NCBI GenBank assembly: GCA_964617735.1
Contig: CAZTXT010000001.1
Coordinates: 600,549 to 664,548 of the forward strand
DNA from: an uncultured Candidatus Saccharibacteria bacterium
GTDB taxonomy: Bacteria; Patescibacteriota; Minisyncoccia; Phycocordibacterales; DSPV01
Length of the DNA: 64,000 bases
Direction: 5' to 3'
A program made the translations under genes and the position numbers. The notes below the pieces were generated by a model. The model did not search any database. It was not told the DNA's origin and was given only the letters and a program-made list of their open reading frames with translations. Positions 36,157 to 44,345 of the stretch are shown here, piece by piece (position 1 is the stretch's first letter; each line of letters starts with the position of its first letter).

Positions 36157-36873
36157 ATGCGCAAAAACCATGAGCTCAAAGCGATCGTGCCTGCGGATCA
36201 GGCATCGTCGCCAGAAGACGTTGCCGCCGACCTGAAGAAACGGCTGGCTCTGATCGACAAAGAATTCAGCGAGGGGCTCGAATTCATTGGGAAATATGCG
36301 AAATCAGTCACGATCTTCGGCTCTTCGATGCTCAACGAAAGCGACCCATATTGCTTCAAAGCCCGGAAACTCGCCGAGATGATATCGAAAAACGGGTATG
36401 CGATCGTCACCGGCGGCGGTCCCGGCATCATGGAAGCGGCGAATCGTGGGGCACAAGATGCGGGAGGGCAATCGGTAGGACTTAACATCCGACTCCCGCA
36501 CGAGCAAAAACAGAACCCCTATCTAAACGATTCGCATGAGTTCTACTATTTCTTTTCAAGAAAGATGGCACTCACGTTTGGGGCCGAAGCATTCGTATTC
36601 TTCCCCGGAGGATTCGGCACGCTCAATGAATTCTTCGAGATCGCAACGCTCATCCAAACCGAGCGGATGCCGCACGTGCCGATGATTCTGGTGGGGAGCA
36701 ATTTCTGGAAGCCCTTGGATCAGTTCATTCGCGAACACCTCTTCAAACGGCATAATATGATCGAGGAAAGCGCGCTCTCGCTCTACACGATACTCGACGA
36801 TGAGCAAAAAGTCCTCGACCTCATCCTCAAAGCACCCATCATGGAAACCGTGCCGTTCCCGCAGGAAGAATAA
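36157..36873 (+). CDS. LOG-family (TIGR00730-like) nucleotide phosphoribohydrolase
   Basis: VTIFGS, TGGGPGIMEAAN, PGGFGTLNE. Confidence 0.9.
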   Translation: MRKNHELKAIVPADQASSPEDVAADLKKRLALIDKEFSEGLEFIGKYAKSVTIFGSSMLNESDPYCFKARKLAEMISKNGYAIVTGGGPGIMEAANRGAQDAGGQSVGLNIRLPHEQKQNPYLNDSHEFYYFFSRKMALTFGAEAFVFFPGGFGTLNEFFEIATLIQTERMPHVPMILVGSNFWKPLDQFIREHLFKRHNMIEESALSLYTILDDEQKVLDLILKAPIMETVPFPQEE

Positions 36874-36924
36874 AAAAATCGCCCCGCAACCGAAGTTGCG
36901 AGGCGTAAGGAACCATTACATTCC

Positions 36925-37098
36925 CTAGTGATTATAACCCGAAAGAAGCAAGTCCTGTGCTTCTTTAAGAGCCTGTTCGGGAGAAAGTCCGAGCTCACGC
37001 TCAATACCCTCCATCTCTACACGCTTGAGCTCTCGCTCGCCGGCGAGGGCGGCATACTGAAGCAGCAGTTTCCTTTTCTTTTCTCTATCATCTTCCAT
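36925..37098 (-). CDS. 57-aa helical protein absent from the ORF track
   Basis: Manual translation MEDDREKKRKLLLQYAALAGERELKRVEMEGIERELGLSPEQALKEAQDLLLSGYNH*; GAAAGGA RBS inside the end of the upstream gene. Confidence 0.65.
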   Translation of the reverse strand: MEDDREKKRKLLLQYAALAGERELKRVEMEGIERELGLSPEQALKEAQDLLLSGYNH

Positions 37099-37100
37099 GT

Positions 37101-37532
37101 TCAGTCCTTTCTCTGCTCCAACTGCTCAAAAGCGAGAAGGAGTGCTAGTTTACCATATGCCGAGCGATTGCCAGCGATTTCGCTAATCCAGGAAACATCC
37201 TGATCAGCCCGTTTAAGCGCGCGCACAAGCACGTTTATCGCATCTACGGTCGCATCGTGCACGCGCTTACGCGACGCATCTACCTCAGCAAATTCTTCGC
37301 GGGGACCGTTCATAGCCTTCATAAACCACACAACCGAGACGGCATAGCGGATACAATACACCACGGCCTCCTCGAAAATGCGCTTTAGGTCTTCGGTACT
37401 GCAGGCCGCTTCAAGAGAGGCGAGCGTAACAACTGGCTTTAGAGCGGAAGATGTTATGACATCGTTCCGCGCACTCTCAAGCGCAGTACTTAATTCATGC
37501 CCTTGAGACATCAGTTCTGCGGATATCGTCAT
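37101..37532 (-). CDS. helical protein, DUF3232-like
   Basis: D.SRKRVHDA.+DAINVL.R...R..Y pattern; TTGACA promoter and GAAAGGA RBS. Confidence 0.6.
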   Translation of the reverse strand: MTISAELMSQGHELSTALESARNDVITSSALKPVVTLASLEAACSTEDLKRIFEEAVVYCIRYAVSVVWFMKAMNGPREEFAEVDASRKRVHDATVDAINVLVRALKRADQDVSWISEIAGNRSAYGKLALLLAFEQLEQRKD

Positions 37533-37681
37533 AAGTCCTTTCTATGAGTTTTCAAAACCAAAAGTATAATAGCACAACAGATAATAACGTGTCAATAGAC
37601 TGACCCGAGCGACGTGGGAGCTATAAAAAAGCCGCACACCATAGAGTGTGCGGCTAGGCTCAGTAGTGGGTCAAGATGACT

Positions 37682-37879
37682 TCACCACTTCCGCGTCTGA
37701 AATTTTCTCTGAACCTTACGTTCTCCCCAGATGCCAACCCACGTACCGAGGACCAACCCCGTGGTTCCGAAGCTGAAGGCAACCAACGCGACATCCTTTT
37801 TCGATAGTGAGATGGCAATAGCGACGATGTAAAGGGCAACAAAAAGAATTCCCAGCATGGTTAGTCCGAACTTTCTCAT
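37682..37879 (-). CDS. small 2-TM membrane protein
   Basis: MRKFGLTMLGILFVALYIVAIAI...; GAGGA RBS; hairpin at 37630-37656. Confidence 0.6.
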   Translation of the reverse strand: MRKFGLTMLGILFVALYIVAIAISLSKKDVALVAFSFGTTGLVLGTWVGIWGERKVQRKFQTRKW

Positions 37880-38093
37880 ATATTTCCTCACTGGTGTATG
37901 GTTTCGGCACACCTGCATAAAGCCTTACTGAAAAGAACCTTGACTCTACGGACTCACAACCGACTGGTTATGAACCCGATAAAGTGGAGGAATTAGGTTC
38001 CTCCGCTTCCTGTGCTGCACACAACACTCACGCTTTTAGAAAGGTGACAACAATTGATGCTTCTGATACAAAGGGGCACCATCCTTTGGCAGG

Positions 38094-38447
38094 CTAAACC
38101 TGAATTGCAGCTTTTGCCATAACCAGTTTCTGCATGACTTCCTCTCGTTGGGGAATATCACGGCCAACCCATGCTCCGCTCTCGCGAAGCGCGATGACCA
38201 TCTCTTCCCGACTTCCGGGTTCGCCGACACAAATTGGGATGAACCGGCGGAACGAAAGAGAAGTTGCTAGAAACTTCTTTGCGAAGTGCCAGGACGATTT
38301 AACTTGGAATGCCGGCATGGACCTATCGTTTGGAACAATGTCCTTGCCACCATCCCGCAAACCGCCGCTGACAACTCCACCGATGATTCTGGCGTATGCC
38401 TCCTCCAGGTCACGTCCCACGAACTCTCGGGTCGTATTCATTATCAT
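38094..38447 (-). CDS. small PD-(D/E)XK nuclease-like protein
   Basis: GRDLEE...A, GGKDIV, FQVKSS motifs. Confidence 0.6.
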   Translation of the reverse strand: MIMNTTREFVGRDLEEAYARIIGGVVSGGLRDGGKDIVPNDRSMPAFQVKSSWHFAKKFLATSLSFRRFIPICVGEPGSREEMVIALRESGAWVGRDIPQREEVMQKLVMAKAAIQV

Positions 38448-38695
38448 TCAGTATGGGACCGACTTTTTCTTATTCTAATGATGTAAGGAACAAGGAATCT
38501 TGGATAGCGAATGAGAAGTCTCATCCGCTCCAAGAACCCAAAGTGTCTGGAGATCAATTGAAGGAAAATCTCTCGACTCATCGCTTCTTGACCAGCTAAC
38601 TTTGCCTCGGCGTATATCTCTAACATTCTGCGCTCGCCTAACCGGTCTCGAATCTTATCCAGTTCGGCGACGAGTATATCTTGATATGTTTTCAA
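38444..38695 (-). CDS. hypothetical 83-aa protein coupled to the nuclease-like gene
   Basis: TTG start with GGAGGTG RBS, ATGA overlap with next gene, TTGACA-17-TACCAT promoter. Confidence 0.6.
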   Translation of the reverse strand: MKTYQDILVAELDKIRDRLGERRMLEIYAEAKLAGQEAMSREIFLQLISRHFGFLERMRLLIRYPRFLVPYIIRIRKSRSHTE

Positions 38696-38855
38696 CTGAT
38701 TTCACCTCCGATCTTTTTAGGTTTCTACTCTTTCAAGATGGTAGCATACAATAGGTGATATGTCAATACACTGCACCGTGTGACCTAGTGATCAAGATAG
38801 GCCTACAAATAAGGAGATTGTAGACCTCGTAGCCTGGTAGCGCTGCTAAAGACTG

Positions 38856-41800
38856 CTATGATCGTTGCCGTTTGACTTCGGAAGCTCGCATGAGGGCAAC
38901 CTTCACGCCCACCGAAGCGGAGTGGTAACTCTGATCAACGGTCGAGAGAACAACCGAGATAAGGTTCTCCAATTGCTCGTTGGAGAGACCGGAAATGGAA
39001 TGCGCGAGGCGTTCGTCGATCGGCTCGTCGATATCCTCAAGACGCGAACGGTACACGACATCGAGATCAAGCACTACCCTTCTCAGAAATGCCTCCGGAT
39101 TCCCTCCCTGCTCGCGCAGGGTCTTTAGGTGGCGTGTCAGATTGTATTTATCTCCGGTCGCGAGCCAGTTGACGAATAACGCGCTGTCGACGCCAGACCG
39201 AGACAGTGGTCCTTGAACGGGAGGCTGGGGATGTGGCGCCGCCGCCTTCGGCTCTGAAACCGGACGTGGTTCGTGATGAGAGAGTTCAGGCGCTCGTTCC
39301 GGCTCTTTAGCATTGAGCGCTGCGAGTACTTTTTCTTTGTTGAGCAAAAGCCATCCGTCTTCTCGGTCGTAGCGCGTCTCGGCATTGCGAATCGTCTTTT
39401 CGGTAAGCGAGAGGACCTGTGTCGCGTCGCTTCCGCTCATCTGCGCTATCAATTTCATCCCTTCTTCCGAGATAACGACGCGATTGCGTTGAGCCTCGGC
39501 AGCGATGATGTCCACAAAACCGACTGAAGATACTTCATTCTTATCTGGATTCGCTTCCTCGAGCGGCACCGGAGCATATGCTTCAGCGCCTGCAGGAGCA
39601 AAGGAGAGTTCTGGATCGGCAATATCTTCACCGGAGATCTCCATGACAGGCTCTTGATAGGGAATCGCTTCGGCAAGGGGCTGCTTCGGGGAAAGTCCGA
39701 CACTCAATGTAGCGCCGCCCTTCCTCCACAATTTCGACTTAAAGAAATAGACAACAGAGAAGCTCCAGATTACGAGGATAAGGACGAAAAGCGCTACTTT
39801 ATACCAGTCGCCAAAACCCGTGTACGGAACTTCCGAAAGATAGACAGCGCCCAACACGCGACCTTCCGGCGCTTTTTTGAGCAACACCACCGTTGGGGTT
39901 CCAGCTCCGCCGGAAACAGTCGGATTTATCGGGCCATTGCCACCGCCACCCGTGATCGAACCGACCGGACCACTGCCGCCACCCACTACAATAGGGGTGA
40001 TAGGACCATTGCCCCCACCCGTGCTACCTCCACCTCCACCGGTAGTACCGCCGCCAGCAGTACTAGCACTGCCGGTATCCCCGCCCGTACCACCACTGCC
40101 GCCGCCACCGGTATTTTCACCCCCGCTTCCGCCACCACCAGTGCTACCTCCTCCTCCCCCTCCTCCATTGCCGTCGCTTCCGCCACCACCGGATGAACTG
40201 ACGGCGACAGAACAGGTTGTCGTGGCAGTTTCAGAACCCGCGGTAATGACGATTTGCGCATGTTTAGTTCCTTCGGATGCATACGTGATAGTCGTTGAAG
40301 TAGAAGCGCCCGAAAGCCCGTCATCGCCGGACCATACGTAGGCAAAGGGACCGACGCCACCGCTTGCGATCGCCGTAAATGTCGTGGGCGCTCCGACTGA
40401 CGCAGGATCGGGCGATACGTGGCAGGAAGCCGCAAGGTGAGAAGGCGTAGTGGTAGCGATGTCATCATTGGTGAGCGTACAGGTTTTCGCATCTCCATCC
40501 GCGAGAGAGACAACTCCACCCGTGGAACAATCGCCGACAATACCTTCAAAAACATATCCTGATACGCTCGGATCGGTTTCCTCTACCGTATACGTTCCTG
40601 TTGGGAGTGTAAAGACGACGCCGGTCTCCGAGCCGAAGAATGGACTGCCCGATACGTCATGACCATCGCGCGAGAGCGAGATGCTGAAATCAGAAGCTGA
40701 TCGACTGCCGCCGCTGTCATTACGAACATGTTTAATGACGGTAAGGCGAGCGGATGCGGGAGGAGTAGAGAGGATGGAGACCTGGCATGAACGCGTGATG
40801 GTCTCGGTACCTGAAGCGATCGCGACGGTCGAGGTCTTTACGCCACTGGAAGCGTAGCTTTTCATGACAAGGGTCGAGGTACCCGAAAGCCCGTCATCGC
40901 CAGACCAGTTGAAATTGAAATCTCCCGCTCCCCCGCTAGCCTGCGCAATCCACGAGATCGTGTCTCCGACAAAACCCAGAACCGGATTCGCATGGCAACT
41001 TCCGGTAAGCGGCGGCGTTGAGATTTCGGTGACGGTCGCCGTACACGAAGTCGAGGCGCTATCGGCACCCGAGGTTACTGTAACGTTCGCCTGCTTTTCT
41101 CCCGCAGTCGAAAAGGAGTGCGCGGTCGAAGTGGCATCTCCCGTCAAACCATCGTCACCACTCCAGTGATATGAAAAACCTCCCAATCCTCCTGAAGCCA
41201 CAGCGGTAAAGGTTATAGGAGAATTGACGGAAGCACTTGAGGGCGAGGCGGAACAGGATACCGAAACGGATGGTGCGCATTCATGTTCGACGCCCGTCAT
41301 GACGGTATTGCTGTCTACGTAGGTATTGAAATTGTCATATTCGAACGATGTTACGGAAGCGTGATTGTCCACTTCGAACCATCCGCAGGCGCTCGGCGCC
41401 TGAATAGTCCCCTTCCATGTGATCGAACCGCTTGCTCCCGGAGCGAGAGTAAATGCATTCCACGTAAGCGTTCGGGAAGAAGGCGTGTAGAGTGGGGTAG
41501 CACCGTAGCCCACCGCGATAGTGCCGGTATGCGTCTCACTTAAAAATGTCAGCTCGGCGGGTACAACATCGGTGATGCGCACGCCACTCCCCGTGCAATC
41601 GGCCGTGCCTACATTCTCCACGGTAAGGGTGTACGTCAGCGTATCTCCGATAGCGGCACTCTGTCGATCCACGATCTTTGAGAGCACCAGTTTGCAGACG
41701 GCAGGCGGAGGAATGCATTTCGCAGTGACCGTCTGCGGATTATGGAGGTCAATTCTCACCCCGTCGATCATCACAAAGCCGCTCGAGACCGCGTACGTGC

Positions 41801-42131
41801 CCGTCTGCGAGGCATTCATCACATCGACATAATGGGCGACCTTCCCGACCGCTTTGATGAAATGAGCAACGCGGGATATGCCGTTGATCTCATACATGAC
41901 TTGCCCATAATCCGAAACACCGGCGGGAACGTGCACGGCGACGAAATGGACTTCGACTTGGCCAGCCGAAATACAGCCAACGTGGCTCAAGTTGAGTTTG
42001 ATTGGTAATGAAGGATTGGATCCGAGAACCCGAGCCTGGGCACTCATGACCGCTACGATGAGAGCTCCCGTAACGCATCCGAGGAGCAAAAACCGCAGGA
42101 ATCTATTGATCTTTTTGTAGCGTTCCTTCAT
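38856..42131 (-). CDS. large surface protein (DUF11-like, PKD/Ig-like repeats, Gly-rich linker) with internal VPYTG sorting signal, TM and long cytoplasmic tail
   Basis: N-terminal signal; LSKIVDR..A..GDTLTYTLTVEN.G; repeats SC.A.P.....TFTA.ASGG.G.F.Y.WSGDDGL; YLSEVPYTG-hydrophobic-KSKLWRK. Confidence 0.88.
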   Translation of the reverse strand: MKERYKKINRFLRFLLLGCVTGALIVAVMSAQARVLGSNPSLPIKLNLSHVGCISAGQVEVHFVAVHVPAGVSDYGQVMYEINGISRVAHFIKAVGKVAHYVDVMNASQTGTYAVSSGFVMIDGVRIDLHNPQTVTAKCIPPPAVCKLVLSKIVDRQSAAIGDTLTYTLTVENVGTADCTGSGVRITDVVPAELTFLSETHTGTIAVGYGATPLYTPSSRTLTWNAFTLAPGASGSITWKGTIQAPSACGWFEVDNHASVTSFEYDNFNTYVDSNTVMTGVEHECAPSVSVSCSASPSSASVNSPITFTAVASGGLGGFSYHWSGDDGLTGDATSTAHSFSTAGEKQANVTVTSGADSASTSCTATVTEISTPPLTGSCHANPVLGFVGDTISWIAQASGGAGDFNFNWSGDDGLSGTSTLVMKSYASSGVKTSTVAIASGTETITRSCQVSILSTPPASARLTVIKHVRNDSGGSRSASDFSISLSRDGHDVSGSPFFGSETGVVFTLPTGTYTVEETDPSVSGYVFEGIVGDCSTGGVVSLADGDAKTCTLTNDDIATTTPSHLAASCHVSPDPASVGAPTTFTAIASGGVGPFAYVWSGDDGLSGASTSTTITYASEGTKHAQIVITAGSETATTTCSVAVSSSGGGGSDGNGGGGGGGSTGGGGSGGENTGGGGSGGTGGDTGSASTAGGGTTGGGGGSTGGGNGPITPIVVGGGSGPVGSITGGGGNGPINPTVSGGAGTPTVVLLKKAPEGRVLGAVYLSEVPYTGFGDWYKVALFVLILVIWSFSVVYFFKSKLWRKGGATLSVGLSPKQPLAEAIPYQEPVMEISGEDIADPELSFAPAGAEAYAPVPLEEANPDKNEVSSVGFVDIIAAEAQRNRVVISEEGMKLIAQMSGSDATQVLSLTEKTIRNAETRYDREDGWLLLNKEKVLAALNAKEPERAPELSHHEPRPVSEPKAAAPHPQPPVQGPLSRSGVDSALFVNWLATGDKYNLTRHLKTLREQGGNPEAFLRRVVLDLDVVYRSRLEDIDEPIDERLAHSISGLSNEQLENLISVVLSTVDQSYHSASVGVKVALMRASEVKRQRS

Positions 42132-42186
42132 AAATATTCTCGTTTCCTAACCTTACTCATTTGTGGAGCGATGGCAAGCCCTATTT

Positions 42187-42849
42187 TTAATGCGATACGG
42201 CTTCCAAAAAACGGGCTTGCACGACGAAGCGGTCGCTACGCTGTCCGAACGTATCGCAGGTGGAGAGCGTTATCAATTTCTCACCGCTCCCCAACTCGAC
42301 GAGCGCTTTATCCTTGTCGACCAGCGCCACCGAGAAGACGCGGTAGCGATATTCTTGACTTCCCGAAAGCACTGTTATGACATCGCCGATCTGCAGTTCG
42401 CCGAGGCGGTTAAAGGATTTATAGGATTGATTATGCACGACGGCCCAATTAGTGCTGTGGCCGAACAAAAACATATTGCTTGCATCATCGAGTCCGCCCG
42501 ACCCGGGATAGCGAACGACGCCCGAGAGGAGTGCTTGGTCAAGCACCGCGATATCGCGGCTTTCTGGATTCATCACCGGCGCATCGACCGCGATCTTTTC
42601 AATGATGATGCGGTCAGGAAGAATGGTTTCCTTGACTGACGGTATATTTTCTGCGGGAGTCGTTGAGGAAAGCCCTTGTCCCGGGAGAGTCCCATCCACC
42701 GAAGCTGCCGGCGCACGCCACTGCAGAGAGGCAATGCTGCTTGCATTGAATTCCTTGAGTTCATCGGGAATCAAACCGGTAAACGAAAGAACGCCATAAC
42801 TGGCGAGAAAGACTGAAATCCAGAGTATGAGAAATCGCTTCGCGCTCAT
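42187..42849 (-). CDS. sortase
   Basis: N-terminal TM; catalytic triad pattern FGHS (His), ITLSTC (Cys), DRFVV (Arg). Confidence 0.92.
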   Translation of the reverse strand: MSAKRFLILWISVFLASYGVLSFTGLIPDELKEFNASSIASLQWRAPAASVDGTLPGQGLSSTTPAENIPSVKETILPDRIIIEKIAVDAPVMNPESRDIAVLDQALLSGVVRYPGSGGLDDASNMFLFGHSTNWAVVHNQSYKSFNRLGELQIGDVITVLSGSQEYRYRVFSVALVDKDKALVELGSGEKLITLSTCDTFGQRSDRFVVQARFLEAVSH

Positions 42850-42941
42850 AAAATGTCGGCACAAAATCTACCTAAAATCTTTCATATCGTCAATAGATTT
42901 TTCTTGACTTCGATAAACTCTCGGTATAGTGTGCGCTTGAC

Positions 42942-44000
42942 ATGGAGACTCAAGAAAAGCATTCCTCCACAACACCAATCGCTCCGAAGAAGACCTTCAC
43001 CTGGAGGCAAGCCGCCGGGATCGCGATCATTATCATTCTTTTTCTGGCCGGCGTATGGACCGTGGTACAAATCGGACCATATCTTCCCAACACCGTCGAG
43101 AATATCACCGCCGCGATCGTGAATTTCACCGACACTCTTAAGCCCAGCGAACGTCTCTTGGTATACTCCGATCAAGAACGCATAAAGTCGGGAGATAAAA
43201 TTATGCTCACGTGGTCGCACCGCGGAGGAAAAACCGAAGGCTCATACGCGCTCTCCTTCCCCTGTCTGGACGGCATCTCGGTCAAAATGAAATTGGCTTC
43301 AGGCACGGAGGAAACCCTCCTGTGCGATATACCCTACACACTTTCGGAAACGGCAGAACTCGTAACACTCGCTCCCTTTTCGAAAGCGTCATCAACCGTA
43401 GCCGTTCCCTTTTCGATCTCCTTCACGCCCTTGCAGGGCGAAAAGCCCTCCGTATCGGGTTCTGCAACCGTCTCGATCGAAAACGGCGGGGAGGATACGG
43501 GAGAGGCTGCGCCGCCCGATAACAGCGGCGAGAGGGTCTCGACTCCAAACACTCAACCGACCGCCGGAGTATCCACCGAGCACGTCTATTATGTAGGAAC
43601 AACAACCGAAGTGCGCGCGTACGGAAAAACTGATCTCGCACCCAAGATCCTCGATGTCGGCGTGCTTGATACCATAACGAATCAGTTCACCGCTACTACC
43701 ACGCTCCACGCGACCGACAGGATCGCGGTGAGATTTCAAGTAGAAAATGTCGGCACCGCCAACTCCGGAACCTGGAATTTCAACGCGATGCTTCCCACGG
43801 CTCCTGCGCATACCTTCGTTTCCGAAAATCAGCAGACGCTCTCTCCCGGAGAGCACATCGAGTATACGCTGGGCTTCGATTCATTCGATCAGAATGGTGA
43901 CGGGCGTTTTGCACTCACTGTAGACCCGGCAAATGCTGTGAACGAGGTCAGTGAGACGAACAATGTCGTAACCACGACCATCCATATCTCTCCCAACTAG
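42942..44000 (+). CDS. membrane-anchored protein with C-terminal CARDB/Ig-like domain
   Basis: N-terminal TM; DL...V.F.VEN.GT...VDPANAVNEVSETNN. Confidence 0.82.
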   Translation: METQEKHSSTTPIAPKKTFTWRQAAGIAIIIILFLAGVWTVVQIGPYLPNTVENITAAIVNFTDTLKPSERLLVYSDQERIKSGDKIMLTWSHRGGKTEGSYALSFPCLDGISVKMKLASGTEETLLCDIPYTLSETAELVTLAPFSKASSTVAVPFSISFTPLQGEKPSVSGSATVSIENGGEDTGEAAPPDNSGERVSTPNTQPTAGVSTEHVYYVGTTTEVRAYGKTDLAPKILDVGVLDTITNQFTATTTLHATDRIAVRFQVENVGTANSGTWNFNAMLPTAPAHTFVSENQQTLSPGEHIEYTLGFDSFDQNGDGRFALTVDPANAVNEVSETNNVVTTTIHISPN

Positions 44001-44084
44001 CCGGTACGCGAACGAAAACACGACTGGGCCCGATTTTTGTTTGCCGTCTTTATGCGGCATGGTAGCATAACGTAAGGAGTACGT

Positions 44085-44303
44085 ATGTTTGCAACTCTTA
44101 TCATACAAATGCCGTTGCAAAACAACGGCAAACCCGTCGTAAATCCGAAAACTCTGCTCAGCCATCTGACTCCTGTCCTCAATCACGCCATCGCCGAGGC
44201 GATTCCTGAAGGGAATCTTATGGTACCCATCAGCAAAAACTGCGCCGCGGGAATACATTGGAGCTACCACATCCGCGCCGAAGCAGATATTCATCGCGCG
44301 TAA
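44085..44303 (+). CDS. hypothetical small protein
   Basis: TAGCAT -10 and AAGGAG RBS; hairpin near 44316-44346. Confidence 0.45.
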   Translation: MFATLIIQMPLQNNGKPVVNPKTLLSHLTPVLNHAIAEAIPEGNLMVPISKNCAAGIHWSYHIRAEADIHRA

Positions 44304-44345
44304 TGCAAAGTCAAAAAAACGGCCCCACTAAATGTAGGGTCGTTT

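Noticed and set aside
39900-40200. ccaccgcc-rich low-complexity tract
   Set aside because: Explained by the Gly-rich linker codons; the Pro-rich antisense ORF is its shadow
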